A stretch of DNA of 40,302 nucleotides from a virus. Of the stretch, positions 6,920 through 16,061 are shown piece after piece. How positions within the stretch are numbered: the first letter of the stretch is position 1; each line of letters begins with the position of its first letter. Made by a program: the position numbers and the translations under genes. Location of the stretch: the UHGV virus genome UHGV-1363354; one strand, given 5' to 3'. The notes below the pieces were generated by a model. The model did not search any database. It saw only the letters and a program-made list of their open reading frames with translations, and had not been told where the DNA came from.

Positions 6920-9220
6920 TTACGAGTTTAAGTCCTCATCGCTTGCAACCAATTCCGGCGGGTCGAAGTCGTTTACGCCAGTCGGCAGCCTGTATTGTTG
7001 GTTGTAAACTTCGCCTGTATTCGGGTTGCGTCCGTGCACTAAAACCCGTCGTCGGACTAATTCCTCCAGCACTTTTTTATAGTTGCCGCTGGTGAACTTG
7101 TTTCCGCCGGCGGTGCCGATGGCGTATGGTGAATAGCCTTCCGGTTTATCCTCCAGTAGTTCGAGCTGGGCCACCATCACCTCTTCGGCCTTGTTCTTGG
7201 GCCCTGCGCCGCCGGAGGCTTTCACCGCCTCCCGGGCTACTTCGGCAGCTGGCGATTCGAACGGTGCCAGGGCGACCGGTACCAGGTACAGCGTTTCATC
7301 GCGCGGCGACATCTCCAGCGGTTTCGGCGTCCAGCCGGATAGCTGATCGGAAAAGTCCGGGCCCGCGGCGTTGGACAGATACGCGTCGACGCGGTCGGCG
7401 TGCGCCTGGGGGACGTCGATTTTACATTTCAGCAGGACGAAGCCGCGCGGCGACTGTTTGATGCCGTTACGCGCTTTTTCGTGATAGAGGTTGATCTGGT
7501 GAGGCTTGGCCTCGTCCGGCTGCTCGATGAAGAAGGCGTAATCCACGGCGCCATGAAGCGCGCCAGAGCCGCGGGCGGTACGCTGGCCCGAGGAGGACTT
7601 CGCCGGGTGGTGGATAACGCCGGCGCTGCCGCCGGTGGTCTCGGATATCTGTTTCAGCGCGCGGACGATTTCCCCCATATCGGTTGGGGAGTTTTCGTCG
7701 AACGGCTTTTTAGCTGTGCTGCGCATGGCGACAGTCTGGTTAAGCGAGTCGAAGGCTATCAGGCCGACTGGCGAATCGCCAGCTGCATCACGGATAATCT
7801 TGCATACCTCTTTCACGCCGCGCGCGTCGGTGATGTCGATCCCCTTATCCTGCAGGTCGATGATATGCAGCCAGTCCAGGTCGTCCTGATACATCTTCTG
7901 CAGCGCCTGCTTGCGGTGGAGGCTGGTTTCGCCGCCTTCCGCATCGAAATAAAAGTTGTGGGCGCGCACGACACGCCGTCCGCCGAACGGGATCCCGGCG
8001 GATATGGCCGCCATCTGGCCGAGGACGAAGAACGATTTACCGATGTTCGACTCGCCGGCGGCGTACCAGGTCGATTTGAAGTTAACCAGGCCCTCAATGA
8101 TGGGGTCACGCTTGGTGAACAGGGTAACCGGGTCGTCGTCCAGGTCCTCGTCGGTACACTGGCCGGCGGACGGGCCGTCCAGCGCCGCCATTACCTCGGC
8201 CTCGTAGATGTTGGTGATCTCCTCTTCCGGTAAATCCGGCAGCAGTTCGGCAATTTGCTTTTTGCTGATATTGTGGGCTTCGGGCAAATACTGGTCCGGT
8301 ACGCCGCAAAGGCGAAGCAGCATGTGCTGGTGGGTATTGTGCTTCCTGCAGTGGTCGTGCTGGCACGCGAAGCGCACCTCGGGGTGAAGGGCGTCGGGCA
8401 TCATGATCGCCGTGCTGCCGTCGGTCCCGTCGTTGTCGCTGTGCTGGAAGTGGTTAGGGCACTGTATGGCGAAGCCACGACCAGAGGATAGCGGTTCGAG
8501 GCCCATCTCCCAGCACCACGCGGCGATTGCCTGGCTGTTCTCGCTGGCGTTCTCCAGCGCTTCGTCGGTCCAGTTGGTTGAGCCCGATTCGTCCGGCACG
8601 TCGAACCGGTGGCGCAGGATGCGGCGGACGCTGGCGGGCGCGCCGCGGTGGTCGATGGTTTCCGCTTCGATGTGCGGGGCGAACATAAGACGGGCGCGCT
8701 GGAATGCGGTTTCGTCCATCCCTTTCGCGCCGGTGAGCCCGAGCATATCGATGAATTTGTGCTGGCACGGCCAGATCTCATCCGCCAGCATCGGCCGGTC
8801 TGTCGGGATGAGGAAACGCCAGGAGCGCGACTTAACGCCGCCTTTCAGGTCGTGCCGGTCGCCGCAGGTGGAGTAAGCAAAGAAAGTGTATCCGCCATCC
8901 TCCAGCGCGCGACGCACCCGGCGGATCTCTTTGCTGGAGACTTTGTCGATGTCGATAAACAGCAGGGATCGGGAAATGACGTTGTTGTTATTGCGCTTGT
9001 TGCGCTCAAACTCGGCGGCGACATACGGCAACCGGCCTTTCTTTTCTTCGTAGCGATCTTCGGTCTCGCTGCCGTCAATGGATACCCCCAGCACAGGGTC
9101 AGCGCCGATATCCAGCAGGTCGTCGATAAACTCATCCCAGGAGGATTCGAAAGCCTTCGGGCGATTGTCGGTTTTATGCCGGCCGAGAGAATAGGATATT
9201 TTTGATTTTAACCGTGGCAT
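6920..9220 (-). CDS. Bifunctional DNA primase-polymerase (AEP-type) / RecA-like (AAA_25-type) helicase, with a C-terminal winged-helix-like domain
   Basis: LLFIDIDKVSS (DxD of AEP primases), Zn-binding QCPNH...CQHDHC, Walker A AGESNIGKSF, basic C-terminal region KKVLEELVRRRVLV. 766 aa. Confidence 0.75.
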   Translation of the reverse strand: MPRLKSKISYSLGRHKTDNRPKAFESSWDEFIDDLLDIGADPVLGVSIDGSETEDRYEEKKGRLPYVAAEFERNKRNNNNVISRSLLFIDIDKVSSKEIRRVRRALEDGGYTFFAYSTCGDRHDLKGGVKSRSWRFLIPTDRPMLADEIWPCQHKFIDMLGLTGAKGMDETAFQRARLMFAPHIEAETIDHRGAPASVRRILRHRFDVPDESGSTNWTDEALENASENSQAIAAWCWEMGLEPLSSGRGFAIQCPNHFQHSDNDGTDGSTAIMMPDALHPEVRFACQHDHCRKHNTHQHMLLRLCGVPDQYLPEAHNISKKQIAELLPDLPEEEITNIYEAEVMAALDGPSAGQCTDEDLDDDPVTLFTKRDPIIEGLVNFKSTWYAAGESNIGKSFFVLGQMAAISAGIPFGGRRVVRAHNFYFDAEGGETSLHRKQALQKMYQDDLDWLHIIDLQDKGIDITDARGVKEVCKIIRDAAGDSPVGLIAFDSLNQTVAMRSTAKKPFDENSPTDMGEIVRALKQISETTGGSAGVIHHPAKSSSGQRTARGSGALHGAVDYAFFIEQPDEAKPHQINLYHEKARNGIKQSPRGFVLLKCKIDVPQAHADRVDAYLSNAAGPDFSDQLSGWTPKPLEMSPRDETLYLVPVALAPFESPAAEVAREAVKASGGAGPKNKAEEVMVAQLELLEDKPEGYSPYAIGTAGGNKFTSGNYKKVLEELVRRRVLVHGRNPNTGEVYNQQYRLPTGVNDFDPPELVASDEDLNS

Positions 9221-9285
9221 TGTTTATATTTACTCCTGGTATTTATGACGCGCTTCTGGTAAAGCCTCTCCGTTTTGGATGAGGC

Positions 9286-9522
9286 TTATTTTTTATCCGG
9301 GGTGCCTTCCCCAAGCGCCAGCCAGCGAGCATCGCATTCCAGCGCGTCCGCCAGGCGAAAGATACGCTCCATATTCAGGCTTTTAGTCCGCCCGTTCTGC
9401 ACAAATGATAAAGCCGACTGCGAGAGACCCCCGCGCATTACGACATCTTGCTGGCGCAGGCCAAGCTGTTTCATCCGCGCGTTAACGCGGAGCTGGAAAG
9501 GGTTACGGCGTGCTGTTGCCAT
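9286..9522 (-). CDS. XRE-family helix-turn-helix transcriptional regulator (Cro/CI-like)
   Basis: LGLRQQDVVMRGGLSQSALSFVQNGRTKSLNMERIFRLADALECDARWL is a classic HTH_XRE. Divergent from the rightward early operon. Confidence 0.7.
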   Translation of the reverse strand: MATARRNPFQLRVNARMKQLGLRQQDVVMRGGLSQSALSFVQNGRTKSLNMERIFRLADALECDARWLALGEGTPDKK

Positions 9523-9730
9523 TATAGGAATCCTCTTAATAGATAGGTTGACGTCTGCAATACTATAGTATCTAACCGCACATAATCAAGCATTTTCTGG
9601 TGATTAGCACTAAGTCATTGATTTTACCGGTGCTGCAATTTAATTTGAAAAATCGCTTGCAATCCCGATTTATCTGGACATATTATTACATCGCCGAAAC
9701 GCAACCAACTTAACTAAACGAGGATTTACC
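9523..9730. promoter_or_regulatory. Divergent early control region
   Basis: 208 bp between divergent genes. TTGACG...TATAGT near 9551, TTGCAA - 18 - TATTAT near 9662-9691 (rightward), partial dyads, and GCAACCAACTTAACTAAAC (9701-9719) in the 5' leader of the 9731 gene. Confidence 0.45.
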
Positions 9731-10228
9731 ATGATTGAGAAATTTTACGCACTGCTGGAGCGCTTTGTTATTGCTCTTGAACTGATCGCCACTAACTTCA
9801 GCGCCGAGCGGACGGTAGGTCAGGTCGTCAAAGACGCCGTGAAAGATGCCACAGACACGCCGACCAAATCGGCCCGCACCCGTAAGGCGCCGGCCAAGAA
9901 AGAAGAACCGGAAGACGACGAGCCGGAAGACGACGAGCCGGAAGAGAAGCCTACCACCAAAAAACGTGGTGGCAAAACCGAAGCGCCGGCCAAAACCACC
10001 CGCGGTAAGAAAGGCACCGACAAGCGCGCTGCGATCGGCGAAATGGCAAAAGCTGCCGTAGAAGGCGACGGCCTGGACGATGACGACGCCGACGCGCTGG
10101 TGGATAAGTTCGACGACCTGCTGGAAGACTTCGAAGTTAAGAACGTCAAAGAGCTGGACGACGACCAGGTGGACGAATTCCACGATGCGCTTAAAGAGCT
10201 GATCGAAGAGTTCTACGACGCTGAATAA
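9731..10228 (+). CDS. Highly charged hypothetical early protein (165 aa)
   Basis: First rightward gene. Low-complexity basic middle (KKEEPEDDEPEDDEPEEKPTTKKRGGK) and acidic C-terminus. Confidence 0.5.
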   Translation: MIEKFYALLERFVIALELIATNFSAERTVGQVVKDAVKDATDTPTKSARTRKAPAKKEEPEDDEPEDDEPEEKPTTKKRGGKTEAPAKTTRGKKGTDKRAAIGEMAKAAVEGDGLDDDDADALVDKFDDLLEDFEVKNVKELDDDQVDEFHDALKELIEEFYDAE

Positions 10229-10235
10229 CCGATCT

Positions 10236-10258
10236 GCCCCGGCGCGCCGGGGCTTTTG
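10236..10258 (+). terminator. Intrinsic terminator GCCCCGGCG/CGCCGGGGC + TTTTG
   Basis: Perfect 9-bp GC stem followed by a T-run, immediately after the 10228 stop. Confidence 0.6.
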
Positions 10259-10272
10259 TCAGGAGCAATTCT

Positions 10273-10533
10273 ATGAAATATACCCTTATGAAAGGCCGCG
10301 ACTCCCGCGACAACGTGATCGCCTTCTGGCTTCTGCGCACCGACGGCGAGACGAAAGAATGCGCTTACCTCGGCAAATGCCCGCCGCCGGGTAACCGTGG
10401 CGCACAGGCCGCCCGCATTAAGCAGGTGACCATGGTTAAGCCTGATTTTTATGTCTTTGAGGATCAGTCGATGTTTGCGCTTCACTGCGACTATGCGTCG
10501 GCGTCACTGGTCGCAACCTGGGAGACCGTGTAA
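10273..10533 (+). CDS. Hypothetical protein (86 aa)
   Basis: RBS CAGGAGCAA upstream. Stop overlaps the start of the next gene. Confidence 0.45.
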   Translation: MKYTLMKGRDSRDNVIAFWLLRTDGETKECAYLGKCPPPGNRGAQAARIKQVTMVKPDFYVFEDQSMFALHCDYASASLVATWETV

Positions 10534-11861
10534 TGACCAATGCAAGCGGCAGCAATCACGAACACGCCTTGCTGTCTCCGTCCGGGTCGAAAAAATGGCT
10601 GGGGTGCTCTGCATCCCTGCTGTGCGAGAAGGACATCCCGAACGAAAGCGGCCAGGCGGCCATTAACGGGACCGCGATGCACGCGGTATCCGAGGACCTT
10701 TTAAACCGGCACATTAAAGGCGAGACAACCGTAACAGCAGCGCATTACAAGGGCGTATACGTCCTGAATGAAGGCAAAGGCCCTATTAAGGCGGTGGCCG
10801 GCAAGCCGCCCGCCGGCGCGGTACTCATCAACGATGAATTCGTAACCATGGTCGAGCGCTACACCGATTATGCGCTCGGGGTCATCTCATCCGCTGAGTA
10901 CGTCAAAATCGAAATGCGGGCCGAGCTGACTAAGTTACTGCACCCAGGCTATACGGCGGATTTTATCGACGAGCGTACAGGAGAAACCGGAGAAGCAGCA
11001 GTAAAAACCTTCGGCACGGCTGACCTGGTTGCCGTAATCCCGCGCACAGACGGGTCGTTTATGTTGCTGGTCGGCGACCTGAAAACTGGCCGGCACGCGG
11101 TCGACGCTAAAGAGAACAAACAGCTGATGCTGTACGCGCTGGCTATCCTGGCGAAGCTGCGCAGGCTGTATGACATTACGCTGGTGCGCCTGGCGATATT
11201 CCAGCCTTATTGCGGCGGGCCGTCAGAATGGGACATCACGCCAGAGGGGCTTGACATCTTCCGTAAGTTCGCCAGCAAGCGCGCGATCGAAGCGCTTGAC
11301 GTCTACTACGGCGGTAAGAAAAATCTTAAGGCCAGCCATTTCAAGCCGTCGGCCGACGCATGCCAGTGGTGCCGGTTCAACGAGAAATGCAACGCCCGGG
11401 CGAAGGCTGCTATCAAAACGGGCGGCACTACGGCAACCGATGCCGACCTGGGCGACGACAATCACGAAATGACGCCGGAAGAGCTGAAAGCAGCCTATGA
11501 AAAGCTGCCGGAGTTACGCCAGCACATCGCCACGATCGAAAAGGCTATGCATGCGGCGCTGCTGTCCGGCGTTGCGGTGCCCGGCTATAAGCTGGTTACC
11601 GGTAACGAGGGCAATCGTAAATGGTCCGACGCCGCGAAGGTTACCGAAATGCTGGAAGGCGCGCGTATCAAGCGCGATATGATGTTTAAAGAGTCGCTGA
11701 TCTCGCCTACCGACGCGGAAAAAGTCTTTAAGACCGAGAAGCCGCGGATCTGGCGACGCCTTGAAAAGCTGATCGAACGCGCCCCCGGAAAGCCAACAAT
11801 AGCGGCAGCTGACGACCCGCGCGCCGAGTGGAAACAAGCAACCGACGAGGACCTGGAATGA
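10533..11861 (+). CDS. DUF2800-family PD-(D/E)XK nuclease (Cas4/RecB-like phage exonuclease)
   Basis: N-terminal HALLSPSGSKKWLGC and internal LVGDLKTG...ENKQLMLYA motifs. 442 aa. Sits next to DUF2815 and polA, as is typical for this replication module. Confidence 0.6.
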   Translation: MTNASGSNHEHALLSPSGSKKWLGCSASLLCEKDIPNESGQAAINGTAMHAVSEDLLNRHIKGETTVTAAHYKGVYVLNEGKGPIKAVAGKPPAGAVLINDEFVTMVERYTDYALGVISSAEYVKIEMRAELTKLLHPGYTADFIDERTGETGEAAVKTFGTADLVAVIPRTDGSFMLLVGDLKTGRHAVDAKENKQLMLYALAILAKLRRLYDITLVRLAIFQPYCGGPSEWDITPEGLDIFRKFASKRAIEALDVYYGGKKNLKASHFKPSADACQWCRFNEKCNARAKAAIKTGGTTATDADLGDDNHEMTPEELKAAYEKLPELRQHIATIEKAMHAALLSGVAVPGYKLVTGNEGNRKWSDAAKVTEMLEGARIKRDMMFKESLISPTDAEKVFKTEKPRIWRRLEKLIERAPGKPTIAAADDPRAEWKQATDEDLE

Positions 11862-12064
11862 TTATTAAATGGTTCGAAATAATTGGCATTATAGTGGCGT
11901 GGACTATCCATAGCCTGGCTATATCGCCTATCGTTTCGTTGGCTCTGTTAATCATGCTAATTCAGCCTTTGATTAGCGAGGAACGCCTTGACGCTATCGG
12001 CGAATGGGGCTGGCCGGATAGATACGAGGCCTTTATTACGAAAATAACCGGCGTAAAAGTTTGA
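11858..12064 (+). CDS. Small membrane protein (about 68 aa)
   Basis: MIIKWFEIIGIIVAWTIHSLAISPIVSLALLIMLIQPL gives two transmembrane helices. ATGA-coupled to the nuclease gene. Confidence 0.4.
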   Translation: MIIKWFEIIGIIVAWTIHSLAISPIVSLALLIMLIQPLISEERLDAIGEWGWPDRYEAFITKITGVKV

Positions 12065-12142
12065 CATCTGCAACCAACTAAATTAACGTATTCATACCGG
12101 CCCGGCGGTTTCCGGGAGAATCGCAAAAAGTGAGAAACGAAA

Positions 12143-12898
12143 ATGGGAATCAAGGTAAATCTGAAAAAAGTTCGCATCGCATGGTTCTACGGCACCGAGA
12201 AAGCGAAAGCGCAGAATGACGGCGAAAAGGACGCATATCGCGTCGAAATTCTGGTTGACAAGGACGACCACAAAAGTATTGCCAAGCTGGACGAAGCGGC
12301 ATTGGCGGTAATGACCGAAGCGCTTAAATCAGAAAAGGCTGCCGAGAAGTGGCTTAAGCGCGAAAGCGGTCTCGAAGGCAATATCTCCAAAGATTGCGCC
12401 ATCAAAGACGGTGACGAGCGCGACACGGAAGATGAAAATTACGAGCACAAAATCTGGATCCGTGCCAAGTCGTATAAGCAGCCCCGCATCTTAACTGACC
12501 TGGGCGAAGAAACACGCGATGGTGAAGAAGACCTCGAAGGGAACGACCTCGAGGGTAAAGTGCCTTACGGCGGCTGCTTCGCCAACGTGTCGATCGAATT
12601 GTGGGGCCAGAATAACGACAAAGGCAAAGGCCTGCGCTGTAACTGGCTCGGCGTGAAATTCGTCGAAGATGGCGAAGCGTTCGGCGGCGGTGGGTCCAGC
12701 GAGCGCGCCAACGACGACGACCTGGATGACGATGATGAAGACGACGCACCGCGTCGCGGCAAGTCCAAGCCGAAACCGTCCCGCCGCTCCCGTGACGAGG
12801 ATGAAGACGAAGAGGATGAAAAACCCCGCCGTCGCCGTTCTCGCGATGAGGACGACGAAGACGAGGAAGAAGAGCGACCGCGCCGCCGTCGCCGCTAA
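12143..12898 (+). CDS. DUF2815-family (SSB-like OB-fold) protein with a long alternating acidic/Arg-rich C-terminal tail
   Basis: ...GGCFANVSIELWGQNNDKGKGLRCNWLGVKF core resembles DUF2815. The C-terminal 70 aa are DDDLDDDDEDD...RRSRDEDEDEEDEKPRRRRSRDEDDEDEEEERPRRRRR. Confidence 0.55.
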   Translation: MGIKVNLKKVRIAWFYGTEKAKAQNDGEKDAYRVEILVDKDDHKSIAKLDEAALAVMTEALKSEKAAEKWLKRESGLEGNISKDCAIKDGDERDTEDENYEHKIWIRAKSYKQPRILTDLGEETRDGEEDLEGNDLEGKVPYGGCFANVSIELWGQNNDKGKGLRCNWLGVKFVEDGEAFGGGGSSERANDDDLDDDDEDDAPRRGKSKPKPSRRSRDEDEDEEDEKPRRRRSRDEDDEDEEEERPRRRRR

Positions 12899-12904
12899 AA
12901 TCAA

Positions 12905-12927
12905 GGCCCGCGAAAGCGGGCTTTTTC
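12905..12927 (+). terminator. Intrinsic terminator GCCCGC-gaaa-GCGGGC + TTTTT
   Basis: Perfect stem and T-run just after the 12898 stop. Confidence 0.6.
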
Positions 12928-12945
12928 ATATCCGGAGCGTGAACC

Positions 12946-13134
12946 ATGTATAAACACAACCGAAACCGCCCCCATGAAACACGGATCCCCGTCGGTCTGC
13001 CGCTGGATGTCGACGGAGCCAGCGAATACTTAACTCTCCGTCTCGGCCGCAAAATGTACCTGCGAATCGTGGATACCGAGGAACAAGCCCGCCGGCGCAA
13101 AGCAATGACGGCAACCGACGAGGACCTGGAATGA
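12946..13134 (+). CDS. Hypothetical small basic protein (62 aa) ending ATDEDLE
   Basis: ORF-track ORF. Its last 24 nt are identical to the last 24 nt of the DUF2800 gene and overlap the polA start. Confidence 0.4.
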   Translation: MYKHNRNRPHETRIPVGLPLDVDGASEYLTLRLGRKMYLRIVDTEEQARRRKAMTATDEDLE

Positions 13135-15317
13135 AGTTCGATAACCTTTTTCTCGACACTGAAACATTCAGCGCCTGCGACCTGAAAAAATGTGGGTCAT
13201 ATGCTTATGCCGAGCATCCGTCCACCGAAATTATGATAACCACCTTCGCTATTGACGACGGCCCGGTTATGGAGTGGGATGCAACGGCAGACCCCCGGAT
13301 GCCGCGGGTATTGCGCCGGGCGCTGCGCGAGGTATGCAAGCAGAATACGAAGAGCCGGATTGTTATGCAAAACGGCCTTTTGTTCGATCGCCTTCTCATG
13401 CGCCATTGTTGGGGCATAGAGATCCCGGTAAAAAACAGCATCGATACGATGATCTGCGCCTACAGGCTGTCGCTTCCCGGCTCCCTGGACGCGCTATGCC
13501 GCGTTCTGGAGATATCCGAGGACTTAGCCAAGGATAAAGCCGGTAAAGCGCTGATACAGCGATTCTGTAAGCCTACGCCGAAAAATTACAAGATCCGCCG
13601 CTACACCCGCGAAACGCATCCGGAAGAGTGGCGCCGTTTTCTGAAATATGCCCGCAGCGATATATCGTCAATGCGTGAGGTGTTTTATGCGCTGCCGACG
13701 TGGGGCGATACTGAGAAGGAAAACGAGATACTCGCCATCGACCAGGCGATCAACGACCGCGGCTTTTACGTCGACATAGCGCTGGCCGAATCCGCCGTCG
13801 CCGCGGTTAAGCAGCACAAGCTGGACCTGCAGCGCGAGGCGATGGCTAAATACGGCGGCAGCCTGACCGGTAAGGACTTCCTCCCGATCCTGCGAGACCT
13901 GGCGCCCGCATTCGATATCCCTAACGCGCAGAAAGCAACCCTGGGCGATCTGCTGGACGACGAGGACCTGCCAGACGCCGCCCGGGCACTTATCGAAATG
14001 CGCCTCGGCGCTGCGTCCACCGCCTCCACCAAGTACGACCCGCTGCTGCGCGGCTTATCCAGCGACGGCCGGCGCCGCGGCTGTTTGCAGTATGGCGGCG
14101 CGAAAAGGACGCTGCGATGGGCGGGTAAAGGCTTCCAGCCGCAGAACCTGGCGCGCGGACATTACGAAGGCGAAGACCTTGATTACGGGATCCGTTGTCT
14201 TAAGCGCAACCGCATCACGAAGGCTTTCGACATCGCCAAGTTAACGGCAACCACGGTTCGCGGGTGCATTATCGCGGCGCCCGGATGCAAGCTGGTTGTT
14301 GCCGACTACTCGAACGTCGAAGGGCGCGGCCTGGCGTGGATATCCGGCGAAGAGGCGACGCTTAATGTTTTCCGGGCTGGTACGGACCTGTATAAGACGC
14401 TCGCGGCCACCGTGTTCTGCGTGTCGTATGACGACGTGTCGAAGGACCAGCGCCAGATCGCCAAGGCGATGATTCTCGGCCTGGGTTACGGTGGCGGCGT
14501 GGCGGCATTCCTGACGTTTGCCAAAAACCTCGGCCTAGACCTTGACCGGCTGGCGCACGACCTGGCGGGCACATTCCCGGACCATATCTGGAAGGCTGCG
14601 CGCCGGGGGTGGGAGTTTGCCCGCATCCAGGAGAAGAACAAGCGCGCTCCGAAGGGCAAGAAGGCCGAGCGCCCGTCGTATGACCTGCCGAAAAAGGTGT
14701 GGCTGACCTGTGACGCATTGAAACGCATGTACCGCGAGGCTAACCCGAATATCGTTAATTTCTGGGCCGAGCTGGAAGCGGCGGCATTGAGCGCGATCCG
14801 CAATCCTGGCCGGTCATTTTGGGCGGGCGCCCGAGTCCGTGAGAATGGCGACAAGGCCGTTAAGTTCACTCGCACAGTGAAAAACGGTAACCCGGGTTGG
14901 TGGCTTAAGGTTGAGCTGCCGTCTGGTCGCATCCTGTCGTATCCGGGGATCGGCCTGTCGGTCGAGAAAGAGGAAGACGAGGACACCGGCGAGATCCGCA
15001 CGCGTACCCGCATCAAATACCAGGGGGAGAACCAGACGACGCGCCAGTGGGGTTGGCAATATACCTATGGCGGCAAGCTGGCTGAAAACATCGTACAGGC
15101 CCTTTGCCGTGACCTGCTGGCCTGGTCAATGCCTGGCGTCGAGGCCGCCGGGTATAAGATTATTCTGTCCGTGCATGATGAACTTTTAACCGAAGTTCCC
15201 GACACGCCGGAGTACACCGTCAAAGAGCTGGAGCGCCTCATGTGCGTGCTGCCGGCATGGGCTAAAGACTTCCCATTGAGCGCTGAGGGTTGGGAGGGTC
15301 GGCGGTACAAGAAGTAG
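13131..15317 (+). CDS. polA: Family A DNA polymerase with N-terminal 3'-5' exonuclease
   Basis: Exo I LFLDTETFS. Pol motif A VVADYSNVEGRGLAW, motif B RQIAKAMILGLGYGGG, motif C LSVHDELLTEV. Confidence 0.9.
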   Translation: MKFDNLFLDTETFSACDLKKCGSYAYAEHPSTEIMITTFAIDDGPVMEWDATADPRMPRVLRRALREVCKQNTKSRIVMQNGLLFDRLLMRHCWGIEIPVKNSIDTMICAYRLSLPGSLDALCRVLEISEDLAKDKAGKALIQRFCKPTPKNYKIRRYTRETHPEEWRRFLKYARSDISSMREVFYALPTWGDTEKENEILAIDQAINDRGFYVDIALAESAVAAVKQHKLDLQREAMAKYGGSLTGKDFLPILRDLAPAFDIPNAQKATLGDLLDDEDLPDAARALIEMRLGAASTASTKYDPLLRGLSSDGRRRGCLQYGGAKRTLRWAGKGFQPQNLARGHYEGEDLDYGIRCLKRNRITKAFDIAKLTATTVRGCIIAAPGCKLVVADYSNVEGRGLAWISGEEATLNVFRAGTDLYKTLAATVFCVSYDDVSKDQRQIAKAMILGLGYGGGVAAFLTFAKNLGLDLDRLAHDLAGTFPDHIWKAARRGWEFARIQEKNKRAPKGKKAERPSYDLPKKVWLTCDALKRMYREANPNIVNFWAELEAAALSAIRNPGRSFWAGARVRENGDKAVKFTRTVKNGNPGWWLKVELPSGRILSYPGIGLSVEKEEDEDTGEIRTRTRIKYQGENQTTRQWGWQYTYGGKLAENIVQALCRDLLAWSMPGVEAAGYKIILSVHDELLTEVPDTPEYTVKELERLMCVLPAWAKDFPLSAEGWEGRRYKK

Positions 15318-15351
15318 AGAATACACCACAAACAAAAGAGGCCTACAAATT

Positions 15352-15747
15352 ATGAATGACATTATGCATTTCGTGAAACGGCAGAAGCTGAAATGGTTCA
15401 ACGCCACGCCATACCCGGCGCAAATAATCGTCTATATCCTTGGGGAAGATGAAAAGTTATTGAAGGCCATCCCCGATCACCCACCACTTGGCGAGGGCAC
15501 TAACGGCCGTTGTTGCTGGATGCAAAAGGATGGGTACAACATTATCACAATCGGCGTTAAGCGCGACCTGGGCGACTTTATGGCCGTTGCCGCGCATGAG
15601 TGTTATCACGCGATGAACGCGTGTTATGGCTGGTTCGGTGCGCAGCATGATACGGAGAACGACGAGCCAGGAGCCTACTTTCTGGGGCACATCATGCGTG
15701 AGTTTACGATCCGTTTCGCCGAATTGCTGGAGGAAACAAAGCCGTGA
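15352..15747 (+). CDS. Putative HExxH zinc metallopeptidase (SprT/Wss1-like)
   Basis: VAAHECYHAMNA motif in a 131-aa protein. Confidence 0.45.
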   Translation: MNDIMHFVKRQKLKWFNATPYPAQIIVYILGEDEKLLKAIPDHPPLGEGTNGRCCWMQKDGYNIITIGVKRDLGDFMAVAAHECYHAMNACYGWFGAQHDTENDEPGAYFLGHIMREFTIRFAELLEETKP

Positions 15748-16034
15748 CGCCGGAAGGACGCATACAGGCATACGCGATGGCCGAGTTTAAAAAGTTAGGG
15801 GCATTGGTGCGAAAGTTGAGGTATGAGGGGCGCAACGGGTGCCCCGATCTGCTGATCATTCTGCCCGGCGGCCTGGTGGTGTTCGTGGAGGTGAAGAAAG
15901 ACGAGCGCACCGGTCCTGACCCGCACCAGGCGCGCGAGCACGAACGAATGCGCAGTCGTGGCGCTCTGGTCTACACAGTCGGCAGCGAGGAACAGGTAAA
16001 CGAATTGGTTGCAGAATTGCGCTATAGTGTTTAG
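15744..16034 (+). CDS. VRR-NUC domain nuclease (PD-(D/E)XK)
   Basis: GCPDLLIILPGGLVVFVEVK core. Confidence 0.7.
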   Translation: MTPEGRIQAYAMAEFKKLGALVRKLRYEGRNGCPDLLIILPGGLVVFVEVKKDERTGPDPHQAREHERMRSRGALVYTVGSEEQVNELVAELRYSV

Positions 16035-16061
16035 TATGTTGGTTGCTAAGGAGGATACACC

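Noticed and set aside
8106-8876. Several Arg/Pro/Ala-rich ORFs (8106..8366, 8401..8781, 8403..8876, 8454..8768)
   Set aside because: All lie inside or antisense to the primase-helicase gene. Low-complexity composition is typical of GC-rich shadow frames.
12402-13100. 232-aa minus-strand His/Arg-rich ORF
   Set aside because: Antisense to the DUF2815 gene, its terminator and the 62-aa gene. It reflects the repetitive GA/GC-rich coding of the acidic tail.
14362-15016. Minus-strand ORFs of 118 and 176 aa rich in Arg/Ser/Pro
   Set aside because: Antisense to the polA gene, whose motifs are unambiguous.
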